Counted from the first letter of the stretch, positions 20,916-30,624 are shown. The stretch is 64,000 bases of DNA from Minisyncoccota bacterium (GCA_017991375.1 JAGOQP010000001.1:53149-117148); one strand, 5' to 3'. Numbers and translations are program-made. Notes: a model not told the origin generated them from the sequence alone.

Positions 20916-21809
20916 ATGTCACAGACATTGATCACCAGCCGAGACCCGAAAGGTCTCCACGCAGTCGGTCTCTTCGAGGCCGTCTACAACAAGTCCAAGC
21001 TCGACGATGCGCGCGCACAGCGGCTCAACGAGCGCGGTGGCGAACTGCAGGACGGGATCGCGAAGCTCATCGCCGAGCTGTCCGTGTCCAACCAGTACGC
21101 CAACGAAGAAGTTCGTTCCAACTACGTGTACCCGAAGGAGTACAAAGGACCCAAGCCGATCGCGGATCAGATCAAGGCTCTTGCCAAGATTCTCGATCTC
21201 GATCCGAGCCAGGCTCTCGAGTTCGCCAAGAACTTGCCTGCACTCCCTGACGGCGCCGAAGGATGGTTCGCCATTCCGTCGGTCGACGCGCTGGCCGCGA
21301 AGCACTTCCCTGAAGTGACCGACCCGGCGGAGATGTACTGCCAGGCGGTCCAGCTCGTTCACGCCAAGATCGCCGCCTCTCGGTCGTTCTACAACTACCG
21401 TGAGGGACAGATCACGCCGGCGCAGTTGCGGGTTCACGCTCGCACGGCGCACGCGCTCGATCTCATCGCCGAAACGCAGAAGGGCGACATCCTGATCGTC
21501 GCCGCCCAGCTCGGCATGCGCCATCGCGGCAAGTCCGTTCGTCGGGCTCGCGAGGTCTTCGTGGCCAACGAGTTCGGTCTCGGAAGTCTCGCGGTCGGTT
21601 CCATCGTTCTGACCCACCCCGAACGGCTCGTCCGCTGGGAGGAACTGGACATGGACTGCTCCGGCGACGAGTTCTCTCCGGAGGCCGATGGCGACTTTTC
21701 CGGGTCTCCCGGCTTCGGCTTCGACGGCGGCGGGGTCGAGTTCGGCGCGTGCTTCGTTGGCCACCCGGACGGCTGCTTCGGTTCGGTGTCCGGCTTCCTC
21801 TCGCAGTAG
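20916..21809 (+). CDS. DGR target protein (variable C-terminus), GC-rich gene of unknown fold
   Basis: An AGGAGG ribosome-binding site lies 6 nt upstream. The C-terminal 43 aa are encoded by VR. The gene has clearly higher GC than the surrounding genes, and there is no obvious signal peptide. Confidence 0.7.
   Translation: MSQTLITSRDPKGLHAVGLFEAVYNKSKLDDARAQRLNERGGELQDGIAKLIAELSVSNQYANEEVRSNYVYPKEYKGPKPIADQIKALAKILDLDPSQALEFAKNLPALPDGAEGWFAIPSVDALAAKHFPEVTDPAEMYCQAVQLVHAKIAASRSFYNYREGQITPAQLRVHARTAHALDLIAETQKGDILIVAAQLGMRHRGKSVRRAREVFVANEFGLGSLAVGSIVLTHPERLVRWEELDMDCSGDEFSPEADGDFSGSPGFGFDGGGVEFGACFVGHPDGCFGSVSGFLSQ
21677..21807 (+). repeat. DGR variable repeat (VR) at the 3' end of the target gene
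   Basis: 131-bp match to TR (reverse complement) with substitutions only where TR has A. The target stop codon (21807-21809) overlaps the VR end. Confidence 0.85.
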
Positions 21810-21821
21810 TTGACCCTTGAT

Positions 21822-21835
21822 CCGCCGATCGGCGG
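21822..21835 (+). promoter_or_regulatory. GC-rich hairpin (ccgcc-gatc-ggcgg) 14 bp downstream of VR
   Basis: Perfect 14-bp palindrome with a 5-bp GC stem and a 4-nt loop. This matches the hairpin/cruciform element found 3' of VRs in characterised DGRs. Confidence 0.5.
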
Positions 21836-21903
21836 ATTGAACTCTTGGGGCTTTTGATCCCTTGAGTTCCCTGCCTGTCAGCAGGCAGGCGTCACAGAAC
21901 ACT

Positions 21904-21940
21904 AGGCCCACCAACATTGGTGGGCCCTTTTCTTTTAACG
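21904..21940 (+). terminator. rho-independent terminator after the DGR target gene
   Basis: ggcccacca-acat-tggtgggcc followed by cttttctttt. Confidence 0.6.
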
Positions 21941-22167
21941 GTATATAAGTAGGTGGTATGTTGCACTATTCTATAATTAGCCGGTGTTAAATCTGTATGG
22001 GCTTGTGTTCTGAGAAGTTGACAATCTAAATTATTTTTGCTAGTCTTATCGAACTATCACATTACAACGCAGGGAGCGATAAATGTGAGACAGTACTACT
22101 ACTGTCTCATTGTGTTGTGTGGTATTTCTTGGCGTGACGTTACGACGTTACGACAAAACTCAAGCAT

Positions 22168-22779
22168 ATGTCGTTTATCATCGGCAGAAAAGTGAAAATG
22201 GATCAGATATGGAACGAAAACGGCTCGGTTATTCCGGTGACGGTTATTTCTGCTGGTCCGGTAACAATAACGCAAGTTAAAACAAAGGAAAAAGATGGGT
22301 ATGATGCGTTCCAAGTTGGGTATGACGCGACCGCAAAGCGTCTTACTAAAGCACTTTCTGGACATCTAAAAGATCTTGGAAAGTTTCGCTTTTTGCGTGA
22401 GTTTAAAAAGAAAGATGACGCGCAGTCATTTGTAGTTGGAGACACTGTTTCTGCTTCGGCTTTTTCCGTAGGAGATAAAGTGCGCATTACCGGTTTTGAA
22501 AAAGGACGTGGGTTTCAGGGTGTAGTAAAACGCCATGGCTTTCATGGTGGTCCGGCAACACATGGACAAAAAAATCGCCATCGCGCGCCTGGATCACTAG
22601 GACCCACGGCTCCACAACGTGTGGTGAAAGGAAAAAAGATGGCTGGACGTATGGGAAACGAACGCGTTACTTTGCGTCGTGTTGCTATTGTGGGAGTTGA
22701 TGCTGATACCAACACTCTTTTAATAAAGGGATCAGTTCCGGGGAATTCAAAACAAATTCTTCTTATAGAAAAAATGTAA
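22168..22779 (+). CDS. rplC: 50S ribosomal protein L3
   Basis: GRKVKMDQIWNENGSVIPVTVISAGPVTITQVKTKEKDGYDAFQVGY. Confidence 0.95.
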   Translation: MSFIIGRKVKMDQIWNENGSVIPVTVISAGPVTITQVKTKEKDGYDAFQVGYDATAKRLTKALSGHLKDLGKFRFLREFKKKDDAQSFVVGDTVSASAFSVGDKVRITGFEKGRGFQGVVKRHGFHGGPATHGQKNRHRAPGSLGPTAPQRVVKGKKMAGRMGNERVTLRRVAIVGVDADTNTLLIKGSVPGNSKQILLIEKM

Positions 22780-22782
22780 CGT

Positions 22783-23445
22783 ATGATACAGATTCCGGTA
22801 TATACCATTGAGGGGAAAAAAGTGGGTACGACTGATGTTTCAGAGCGCGTGTTTGGCGTTGCCTGGAATCCTGACGTGGTGCACCAGGCACTTGTTACTC
22901 AGCGGGCAAACAGCAGAAACACCGTTGCTCACGCCAAGGGTCGCGGAGAAGTTCGTGGTGGTGGTAAAAAACCGTGGAAACAAAAGGGAACTGGGCGCGC
23001 GCGACACGGATCTATTCGTTCGCCGCTTTGGGTGGGAGGAGGCGTTACTCATGGTCCGTTAAAAGAAAAAGTATACAGTCGATCGCTTAACAAAAAAATG
23101 CGTCAGTTGGCTCTCTTTTCATTGCTTTCAAAAAAGTATGCGGATGAGCAAGTGATGATCATTGATTCATTTGAATCGGTTAAGCCAAAAACAAAATTAT
23201 TTTCAAAAGCGGTAGCGGGACTTTTTTCTTCTGGTGATCGCACGGTGTTTGTTTTTTCTGATGCTCGAAAAGCCCTCGCGCGCGCACTTTCTAATATCCC
23301 TCGAACACGATCACTCGGGCCCCGTTCATTAAATGTTGTTGATATCGCGGCGCCGTCTAAGGTATTTATTGAAAAAGATGCTCTGAGCGCGATTGTTGAA
23401 CATTATGTAGAAAAAACCAATCGCGATAATAAAAAAATATCATAA
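22783..23445 (+). CDS. rplD: 50S ribosomal protein L4
   Basis: L4 signature (AHAKGRGEVRGGGKKPWKQKGTGRARHGSIRSPLWVGGG). Confidence 0.93.
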   Translation: MIQIPVYTIEGKKVGTTDVSERVFGVAWNPDVVHQALVTQRANSRNTVAHAKGRGEVRGGGKKPWKQKGTGRARHGSIRSPLWVGGGVTHGPLKEKVYSRSLNKKMRQLALFSLLSKKYADEQVMIIDSFESVKPKTKLFSKAVAGLFSSGDRTVFVFSDARKALARALSNIPRTRSLGPRSLNVVDIAAPSKVFIEKDALSAIVEHYVEKTNRDNKKIS

Positions 23446-23454
23446 CGATACGCT

Positions 23455-23790
23455 ATGGCTCTATTTGGTAAAAAAACATCATCGACAACAAAAAGCGCGT
23501 CACCGTCCTCTTTGACGTCTGTTATTAAACAGCCGCTTTTTACTGAGAAAGCATTTCGCGCGCATGACCGAAATCAATACGTTTTTCTGGTTGATCTCAA
23601 GGCGACTAAACCAGAAGTAAAGAAAGCGATCGAGCACCTCTATAACGTTTCGGTGGATAATGTTTGCATAGTTCGTAGCCGTGCCCAGGAACGATTTTTT
23701 AGAGGAACTCGCACACGAGGGCCGGTGTCAAAAAAAGCATACGTTTTGGTACACGAGGGTCAAAAAATTGATATGGGAGCTCAAGCATAA
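23455..23790 (+). CDS. rplW: 50S ribosomal protein L23
   Basis: Conserved operon position. L23-like core (VIKQPLFTEKAF...YVFLVDLKATKPEVKKAIE). Confidence 0.85.
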   Translation: MALFGKKTSSTTKSASPSSLTSVIKQPLFTEKAFRAHDRNQYVFLVDLKATKPEVKKAIEHLYNVSVDNVCIVRSRAQERFFRGTRTRGPVSKKAYVLVHEGQKIDMGAQA

Positions 23791-23798
23791 CTTTTTGT

Positions 23799-24626
23799 AT
23801 GATTAAGAAATATTCACCAACAACTCCATCACGAAGGCACATGACGTCTGTTGATTACAGCGCTCTTTCGGGACACGCGCCATTGCGTTCTCTCACAACA
23901 CATCTTCAAACGCGCTCGGGAAGAAATAATCAGGGACGCGTGACCACGCGGCATCAAGGAGGAGGCAATAAGAAATTATACCGTATCGTTGATTTCAAAC
24001 AGCGAGAATTAAATATTCCCGCTCGCGTGGAAACATTAGAGTACGATCCATATCGCAGTGCGTTTATCGCTCGCGTAGTGTATTCAAATGGAAAACGATC
24101 ATATATACTCGCGTGTCAATCAATGAGTGTGGGGGATAGCATTATTACTGCTCCCAAAACGGCAGTAAAAGAAGGAAATCGAATGATGCTTCAACACATT
24201 CCCGTTGGACAGTCGGTGTATAATATTGAGTTAGTTCCTGGAAAAGGAGGTCAGCTCGCAAAGTCAGCTGGTTCATACGCTCAAGTGCTCGCGCACGATG
24301 AGGGGTATACCACGCTCAAAATGCCTTCCGGAGAAGTCCGTCGCGTGTTATGGAGTGGATATGCGTCATTAGGGCAAGTATCAAATCCTGATCATGGACT
24401 GGTTGTTGTTGGAAAGGCTGGCCGCGCGCGTGGTATGGGTATTCGTCCAACAGTCCGCGGATCAGCGATGAATCCGGTTGATCATCCTTATGGTGGTGGA
24501 GAAGGTCGCCAAAAACGAGGCACTCGTCGCCCCAAGACATTGTGGGGTAAAATCACCGGAGGAAGAAAAACTCGCAACAAGAAAAAATGGTCAAACACGC
24601 TTATTATTAAACGGAGAACAAAATAG
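23799..24626 (+). CDS. rplB: 50S ribosomal protein L2
   Basis: GRNNQGRVTTRHQGGG...GKAGRARGMGIRPTVRGSAMNPVDHPYGGGEG. Confidence 0.95.
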   Translation: MIKKYSPTTPSRRHMTSVDYSALSGHAPLRSLTTHLQTRSGRNNQGRVTTRHQGGGNKKLYRIVDFKQRELNIPARVETLEYDPYRSAFIARVVYSNGKRSYILACQSMSVGDSIITAPKTAVKEGNRMMLQHIPVGQSVYNIELVPGKGGQLAKSAGSYAQVLAHDEGYTTLKMPSGEVRRVLWSGYASLGQVSNPDHGLVVVGKAGRARGMGIRPTVRGSAMNPVDHPYGGGEGRQKRGTRRPKTLWGKITGGRKTRNKKKWSNTLIIKRRTK

Positions 24627-24644
24627 CATTATAACGCACGTACT

Positions 24645-24956
24645 ATGGCACGAAGTTCAAAAAAGGGTCCTTATATTGACGCGCATCTTTTAGAAAAGAT
24701 TGCAAAACAAAAGCCAGATGGTGGGCCTATTAAAACATGGGCGCGCGCAAGTGACATCTGTCCAGAAATGGTTGGGTACACATTCGCGGTGCATAATGGA
24801 AAAGATTTTATTTCAGTGCGTATAACCGAAGAAATGATTGGACATAAGTTGGGAGAATTCGCGTTAACGCGCAAATTTATCCGTCATGGTGGAAAAATGC
24901 AAAAAGAACTTGAACGAGGCGCGGCGGCGACTCCAGCACCGGCGGTCAAGAAATAA
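24645..24956 (+). CDS. rpsS: 30S ribosomal protein S19
   Basis: [19 protein letters not shown]...[24 protein letters not shown]. Confidence 0.95.
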   Translation: MARSSKKGPYIDAHLLEKIAKQKPDGGPIKTWARASDICPEMVGYTFAVHNGKDFISVRITEEMIGHKLGEFALTRKFIRHGGKMQKELERGAAATPAPAVKK

Positions 24957-24968
24957 CATCCTGACAGT

Positions 24969-25535
24969 ATGAAAAAAATTACCGCAAAAAAACACACCAC
25001 GTTTATTCCAGGAACCGAAGCAACCGTAACACTTCGTTATCTTCGCATCGCGCCACGCAAGGTGCGTTTGGTCGCGCACATGCTTAAAGGGTTGCGCCTT
25101 AACGAGGCACAGGCACAGTTAGCGCTTCATCCTCGTCGCGCGGCTGGTCCGCTTGCTAAGTTATTGTTTTCAGCGCTTGCCGCGGCAACAGGAAAAAAAT
25201 TACACGCAGATAAGCTTGTTATAAAAGATATTCGCGTTGATAAAGGGCCTATGCTCAAACGATGGATTCCTCGTGCACAGGGTCGCGCGACACCGATTCA
25301 GCGTCACACTAGTCATATCGTAGTTACCCTTGCTGAGTGCCAAGAAGAAAGCACCTCGCGCTTTGTTATTTCTCACGCGAAAGCAAAACTGAAAAAAGAA
25401 GAGCGCGCTCGTAAGCGTTCATCACAGGGGTCCAAAAAAGGATCAGATAAAGAACATGAATCAAAGAAAGAGGGGAAAGCCGAAGCAAGTGACAAGGGCT
25501 TCTCCAAGCGCATGTTCCGAAGAAAGTCGGTGTAA
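24969..25535 (+). CDS. rplV: 50S ribosomal protein L22 with Lys-rich C-terminal extension
   Basis: L22 core (ATVTLRYLRIAPRKVRLVAHMLKGLRLNEAQAQL) plus about 60 extra basic residues. Confidence 0.88.
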   Translation: MKKITAKKHTTFIPGTEATVTLRYLRIAPRKVRLVAHMLKGLRLNEAQAQLALHPRRAAGPLAKLLFSALAAATGKKLHADKLVIKDIRVDKGPMLKRWIPRAQGRATPIQRHTSHIVVTLAECQEESTSRFVISHAKAKLKKEERARKRSSQGSKKGSDKEHESKKEGKAEASDKGFSKRMFRRKSV

Positions 25536-25574
25536 AAAACGAACAACAAATAATCAACAACAGCAATTTACGTT

Positions 25575-26366
25575 ATGGGACAGAAAATAAAACCAACAGC
25601 AATACGCATAGGCGTTATAAAAGAATGGTCATCACGATGGCTTCCTAAGGGCTTTCGTTTTGGTCCATTGTTGCATGAGGATTTTGTGATTCGCTCAGTT
25701 ATCATGCAAAAAATAAAACTTGCTGGGGTTGATTCTATTGTTATTGAAAAGACACGGGGAAACTATCGCGTTACTATCCGAACCGCAAAACCAGGCCTCA
25801 TCATCGGGCGTGGCGGAAAGGGAGTCGAAGAGCTGACCACTCTCTTGGAGCGTAGCATCGCCCATCTGCGCGCAATTCGTGGACTGAAAGAAAAAGTTTC
25901 TCTCAGTCTTACTATTGAAGAAATAAAACGTTACGAAGTTTCTGCGATGGTAACTGCTCAGCAAATTGCTTGGGATCTTGAAAAGCGTATGCCGTTTCGC
26001 CGAACAATCAAAAAATATTTGGAGCGCATCATGCAAAATAGAGACATTAAAGGAGCAAAGATTCGTGTCTCTGGGCGTTTGGATGGAGCCGAAATTGCTC
26101 GCGCGGAGCAGTTGACTCTTGGTAGTTTGCCTTTGCAAACATTGCGAGCGAATATTGACTATGCCGAAGGAACAGCGTTTACCACGTACGGCACCATTGG
26201 AATAAAAGTGTGGCTCTATAAGGGGCAAATCGTAGGGACTACCAAAGAAGTATCGGCTCAAACACGTGATCTTCAGATACCTCGTCGTAGCGCGCCCAGA
26301 CCCTCTCATGCTGACGGCGCTCGACATCCGCGTAGCACAAACACTCATCGGACACCACGTTCATAG
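25575..26366 (+). CDS. rpsC: 30S ribosomal protein S3
   Basis: MGQKIKPTAIRIGVIKEWSSRW... with a KH domain. Confidence 0.93.
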   Translation: MGQKIKPTAIRIGVIKEWSSRWLPKGFRFGPLLHEDFVIRSVIMQKIKLAGVDSIVIEKTRGNYRVTIRTAKPGLIIGRGGKGVEELTTLLERSIAHLRAIRGLKEKVSLSLTIEEIKRYEVSAMVTAQQIAWDLEKRMPFRRTIKKYLERIMQNRDIKGAKIRVSGRLDGAEIARAEQLTLGSLPLQTLRANIDYAEGTAFTTYGTIGIKVWLYKGQIVGTTKEVSAQTRDLQIPRRSAPRPSHADGARHPRSTNTHRTPRS

Positions 26367-26383
26367 AATAGTATTTTTTACCT

Positions 26384-26794
26384 ATGTTACAGCCAAAGAA
26401 AACAAAACACAGAAAGGGTCAAAAGGGTCGTTCGCGCAAACGGCTCGTTGAAACACGAGGAATGTCGCTGGAGTTTGGATCGTTTGGGTTGCAAGCAACG
26501 AGTGCGGCATATATATCTTCTAAACAGATTGAAGCGGGAAGAAAAGCAATAGCGCACTATACTAAGCGTGGAGGGAAAATTTGGATACGCATTTTTCCAG
26601 ATAAACCAATCTCTCAACGCCCACCAGAATTGACTATGGGTGGAGGAAAGGGATCTGTTGATCACTACGCTTTTCCAGTAAAGCCAGGACGTATTTTATT
26701 TGAGATTGATGGTGTTCCGGCACAGACTGCACAAGCGGCTCTCAAGCGAGCGGGACACAAGATGCCGGTAACAACCCGTGTCGTATCTCGCTAG
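26384..26794 (+). CDS. rplP: 50S ribosomal protein L16
   Basis: MLQPKKTKHRKGQKGRSRK...RIFPDKPISQRPPELTMGGGKG. Confidence 0.93.
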   Translation: MLQPKKTKHRKGQKGRSRKRLVETRGMSLEFGSFGLQATSAAYISSKQIEAGRKAIAHYTKRGGKIWIRIFPDKPISQRPPELTMGGGKGSVDHYAFPVKPGRILFEIDGVPAQTAQAALKRAGHKMPVTTRVVSR

Positions 26795-26841
26795 TTTTGA
26801 CAAAGACATTATTTTTCTATAGAATATAACCCCGACTTATT

Positions 26842-27042
26842 ATGAAAAAGGATCGAATAAAAGAATTACGCGTTAAAACAAAAGAAGAGCTACAAGCGCT
26901 TGTTGGTGATGCGCGTAGCCGGTTGGCGCAACTTAAACTTGACGCACGCAGTGGCAAAGCCGCTAACCTTAAAGATATTCGATCTCTTTCTCGAGAAATT
27001 GCTGTGATATTAACGCTTTTAGGAGAACAACATGGAGCATAA
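26842..27042 (+). CDS. rpmC: 50S ribosomal protein L29
   Basis: 66 aa, coiled-coil protein with KELRVKTKEELQALVGDARSRLAQLKLDARSGK. Confidence 0.85.
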   Translation: MKKDRIKELRVKTKEELQALVGDARSRLAQLKLDARSGKAANLKDIRSLSREIAVILTLLGEQHGA

Positions 27043-27382
27043 CACAAAACAAAAACATTCAAGACGATTTATTGGAGTGGTTGTTTCCGACACGATGGAC
27101 AAAACGCGTGTTGTTGCGGTTACCCAACAGAAACGAAACGAGCGATATGGAAAGTTTTACAAGAAAACAACCCGTTGTGCCGCGCATGATCAGAACAACG
27201 AGTATCATGTAGGGGATCAGGTTGTCATTCAAGAGACGCGTCCTTATTCACGAACAAAACGGTGGATTATTGTTGAAAAAACAGGGTCGGTGGTTATTGC
27301 GGCAACGTCAGAAATTGCTGACGAACTCAAAGAAATTGATCCTCATAAAGCAGCATTAGATACACAAAAAGAAACTGAATAA
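27032..27382 (+). CDS. rpsQ: 30S ribosomal protein S17
   Basis: RFIGVVVSDTMDKTRVVAVTQQKRNERYGKFYKKTTRCAAHDQNNEYHVGDQVVIQETRPYSRTKRW. Confidence 0.9.
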   Translation: MEHNTKQKHSRRFIGVVVSDTMDKTRVVAVTQQKRNERYGKFYKKTTRCAAHDQNNEYHVGDQVVIQETRPYSRTKRWIIVEKTGSVVIAATSEIADELKEIDPHKAALDTQKETE

Positions 27383-27391
27383 TTTTTTACC

Positions 27392-27760
27392 ATGATTCAA
27401 GAGCGTTCTATTTTAAAAGTGGCGGATAATTCAGGAGCAAAAATTGCTCGTTGTTTTCGTATTTTGGGAGGAACGCGTCGACACTACGCGCAGATCGGTG
27501 ATGTTATTATTGTCTCGGTTCAGGTTGCTGAGCCACGTAAGGCGGTTACTAAAAAGGAGATTGCTAAGGCAGTAGTAGTGCGTCAACGGAATGCATTTAG
27601 ACGTGCCGATGGGTCATACGTGCGTTTTGATGAAAACGCGGTTGTGCTCATTGACGCGAAAAAGGAACCACGATCTACTCGTATCTTCGGACCCATCCCA
27701 CGAGAAATCAAAGATCGCGGATTTGAAAAGATTTTTACTATGGCAGAAGAAATTGTTTAA
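27392..27760 (+). CDS. rplN: 50S ribosomal protein L14
   Basis: MIQERSILKVADNSGAKIARCFRILGG. Confidence 0.95.
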   Translation: MIQERSILKVADNSGAKIARCFRILGGTRRHYAQIGDVIIVSVQVAEPRKAVTKKEIAKAVVVRQRNAFRRADGSYVRFDENAVVLIDAKKEPRSTRIFGPIPREIKDRGFEKIFTMAEEIV

Positions 27761-27772
27761 CCAAACTGGATT

Positions 27773-28087
27773 ATGAATGCGTTTAAGATAAAAAAAGGAG
27801 ATACGGTAAAAGTAATAACCGGAAAAGACAAAGGAAAGACCGGTAAAGTTTTGCGTGTCATTCTTAGTAATGGACGTGTTTTGGTTGAGGGGGTTAATTT
27901 GTATCAAAAACATGTTCGACCACGCACCGCAAACGAAAAGGGCCAAACTATTACCGTGCCACGTTCTTTGGCTATCTCAAACGTACAACTCATCTGCTCT
28001 TCTTGTGGTGCCGCGACGCGCGTTGGTTTTACGGTAGCCAATAACTCAAAGAGTCGCACGTGCAAAAAATGTTCATCGACTGTCTAG
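27773..28087 (+). CDS. rplX: 50S ribosomal protein L24 (with C-terminal Cys-containing tail)
   Basis: KOW motif (KIKKGDTVKVITGKDKGKTGKVLRV). Confidence 0.9.
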   Translation: MNAFKIKKGDTVKVITGKDKGKTGKVLRVILSNGRVLVEGVNLYQKHVRPRTANEKGQTITVPRSLAISNVQLICSSCGAATRVGFTVANNSKSRTCKKCSSTV

Positions 28088-28097
28088 TTTTTATATT

Positions 28098-28646
28098 ATG
28101 AAAACGCTTAAAGAACAATTTGAAAAAAAGCTCGCGCTTGAACTTGAAAAAGAATTGGAGATTGACAACGCTCATCGTATCCCAAGGCCGTCAAAGGTTG
28201 TAGTTAATGTTGGCTTAGGGTGTATGAGTCAGCGAGGAGATTTTGATAAATTACTCAATGCTATTGAGAAAGAATTTGCCGTTATTACGGGTCAAAAGCC
28301 ATCAGCTCGACCGGCGAAAAAGTCAATTTCAGGATTTAAACTGCGCGAAGGGCAAACGATTGGGCTCGCGGTAACCCTTCGTGGAACGCGTATGTTTGAA
28401 TTTATCGATAAATTAGTCAAGATTGTTTTCCCACGGCTCAGGGATTTTAAGGGAATCGACTTGAAAAATGTTGATAAACAGGGTACGTTGAACATCGGTT
28501 TTAGAGATAACTTTGTTTTTCCTGAAGTAAACCAAGATACTTCTGCGGCCGAGTTTGGTTTGCAAATCACCATCGTCCCCACTACGCGTAATCGTCAGTG
28601 GGCGGTGGCGTTGTATAAAAAACTGGGATTTTTGTTTAAAAAATAA
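28098..28646 (+). CDS. rplE: 50S ribosomal protein L5
   Basis: LKEQFEKKLALELEKEL...PRPSKVVVNVGLG. Confidence 0.93.
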   Translation: MKTLKEQFEKKLALELEKELEIDNAHRIPRPSKVVVNVGLGCMSQRGDFDKLLNAIEKEFAVITGQKPSARPAKKSISGFKLREGQTIGLAVTLRGTRMFEFIDKLVKIVFPRLRDFKGIDLKNVDKQGTLNIGFRDNFVFPEVNQDTSAAEFGLQITIVPTTRNRQWAVALYKKLGFLFKK

Positions 28647-28649
28647 ATT

Positions 28650-28835
28650 ATGGCAAAACAATCAGTCATCGCGCGAGCTCAAAAAACTCCAAAATATTCA
28701 TCGCGTATCGTAAGGCGCTGTTTTCGATGCGGACGCAAACATGGATATATGCGAGACTTTGATTTGTGCAGAATTTGTTTTAGAGAAATGGCGTCTCGAG
28801 GAGAAATTCCGGGAGTTCGTAAATCCTCGTGGTAA
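28650..28835 (+). CDS. rpsZ: 30S ribosomal protein S14 type Z (zinc-binding)
   Basis: 61 aa, [45 protein letters not shown]. Confidence 0.93.
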   Translation: MAKQSVIARAQKTPKYSSRIVRRCFRCGRKHGYMRDFDLCRICFREMASRGEIPGVRKSSW

Positions 28836-28842
28836 TTACTAT

Positions 28843-29223
28843 ATGTATATTCAACTACTCACACAATTAAAAAACGCCCAAAACGTTGGGCAAGAGAGGG
28901 TAAAAATTCCACACTCAATTTTTAATGAGCGCGTATTGGACGTACTCGCTTCTTCTGGCTACATCGGATCGGTTGAGAAGAAAGGAAAAAATCCTAAAAA
29001 ATATCTTGAGGTTGTCCTTCATTATGCGAATGGAAAGGGGGCCATAAACGGATTCCGTTTAATGAGTACGCCATCTCATCGTGTGTACAAGAAAGCAACC
29101 GAATTGCGGCCGGTTAAACAAGGGTATGGTATTTTGGTAGTGTCAACATCAAAGGGTGTTATGAAAGGATCAGACGCGCGAACGCAAAAACTAGGCGGAC
29201 AGGTGCTTTTTACTATGTGGTAA
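28843..29223 (+). CDS. rpsH: 30S ribosomal protein S8
   Basis: Conserved operon position and S8-like C-terminus (GYGILVVSTSKGVMKGSDARTQKLGGQVLFTMW). Start chosen after the rpsZ stop. Confidence 0.85.
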   Translation: MYIQLLTQLKNAQNVGQERVKIPHSIFNERVLDVLASSGYIGSVEKKGKNPKKYLEVVLHYANGKGAINGFRLMSTPSHRVYKKATELRPVKQGYGILVVSTSKGVMKGSDARTQKLGGQVLFTMW

Positions 29224-29239
29224 TGTTTTATCTTGTCAT

Positions 29240-29785
29240 ATGTCTAAAATAGGAAAAAAACCAATAATTCTTCCCGATGGCGTTTCTGTAAAATTTGAAA
29301 ACGCCCATGTTATTGTTGCTGGGCCCAAAGGAACGCTCTCTGTGCCAAAACTATCAAATGTTGAAATCACTGTTTCTGGGAGCGACATTTTGTTACAGCC
29401 AACTAACAACGAACAGCAGACGCGTATGAATTGGGGAACGTTGCGCTCGCTTATTGTAAACGCAGTTGATGGTGTCGCGCGCGGATTTACCAAAATACTT
29501 GAAATTGAAGGAGTTGGATTTAAGGCCTCGGTTGAAGGCGGAACTCTAGTGCTTAAGGTCGGATTTTCTCATCCGGTTACGTTTCCCATTCCCCAAGATA
29601 TTTCGGTTGTGGTTGAAAAAAACACAATCACTATTTCGGGTATTGATAAACAATTAGTGGGACAGGTTGCGGCAAATATACGAAGCATTAAAAAGCCGGA
29701 GCCGTATTTGGGTAAAGGTATTCGGTATCAAGGAGAAATTATTCGTCGTAAAGCCGGAAAGAAAGCTGGCGCCGTTGCAAAATAA
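29240..29785 (+). CDS. rplF: 50S ribosomal protein L6
   Basis: MSKIGKKPIILPDGVSVKFENAHVIVAGPKGTLSV. Confidence 0.93.
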   Translation: MSKIGKKPIILPDGVSVKFENAHVIVAGPKGTLSVPKLSNVEITVSGSDILLQPTNNEQQTRMNWGTLRSLIVNAVDGVARGFTKILEIEGVGFKASVEGGTLVLKVGFSHPVTFPIPQDISVVVEKNTITISGIDKQLVGQVAANIRSIKKPEPYLGKGIRYQGEIIRRKAGKKAGAVAK

Positions 29786-29803
29786 TCGTGGCATATAGCA
29801 TCT

Positions 29804-30136
29804 ATGAATACTCATAAAAAACTTAATACTATGCGTCGTCGTCGCGCTATCCGCACAAGAGCGACGTGCGTGGGCACAGCGACTCGGCCAAGACTCTCTT
29901 TTTTCAAAAGTAATACGCGAGTATATGCTCAGTTTATCGATGACAACGCGTCTAAAACCATTATGAGCGCGTGGGCAAAAAAGAAAGACGCTTCAAAAAC
30001 TCTTGGTGCCGCTATTGTTGCAAAAGCAAAAGAAAAAGGGATTTTGGCTGTTACTATCGATCGCGGGAGATATGCGTATCATGGAGTGCTTAAAACAATA
30101 GTCGAACAAGCACGCAGTGGGGGGATAACTATTTAA
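29804..30136 (+). CDS. rplR: 50S ribosomal protein L18
   Basis: RRRRAIRTRATCVGTATRPRLSFFKSNTRVYAQFIDD. Confidence 0.9.
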   Translation: MNTHKKLNTMRRRRAIRTRATCVGTATRPRLSFFKSNTRVYAQFIDDNASKTIMSAWAKKKDASKTLGAAIVAKAKEKGILAVTIDRGRYAYHGVLKTIVEQARSGGITI

Positions 30137-30140
30137 ATGT

Positions 30141-30623
30141 ATGATGCAACAGAGACAATTTAAACAACGGGACCGATTGTCCCCTCAAAAGAGTGAATAC
30201 AAAGAAAAAACGATTGATATGCGTCGCGTGTCTCGCGTAGTCGCTGGTGGCAAAAGATTCACATTTCGATGCACGCTTGTTATTGGCAACGAACGAGGGA
30301 ATGTTGGTGTTGGTATCGCAAAGGGTAAAGATGTCGCGCAGGCAATCGATAAAGCACGCAATGACGCGAAAAAGAATCTATTTTTAGTTCCTCTTAAAGG
30401 AACATCTATCGCGCATGATGTTGAGGCAAAATTTAGCGCGGCTCGCGTGCTGGTGCGTCCCGCTCAAAAGGGATCTGGACTTAAAGCAGGAGGATCTGTG
30501 CGTACCATATTGCTTCTTGCGGGGGTGAGCGACGCGACGGCAAAATGCCTTGGAAAAACAAAAAACAAACTGACCAACGCGCAGGCAACCATTAAAGCGC
30601 TTCAGCAACTAAAGACAAAATAG
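30141..30623 (+). CDS. rpsE: 30S ribosomal protein S5
   Basis: IDMRRVSRVVAGGKRFTFRCTLVIGNERGNVGVGIAKGKDVAQAIDKA. Confidence 0.93.
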   Translation: MMQQRQFKQRDRLSPQKSEYKEKTIDMRRVSRVVAGGKRFTFRCTLVIGNERGNVGVGIAKGKDVAQAIDKARNDAKKNLFLVPLKGTSIAHDVEAKFSAARVLVRPAQKGSGLKAGGSVRTILLLAGVSDATAKCLGKTKNKLTNAQATIKALQQLKTK

Positions 30624-30624
30624 T

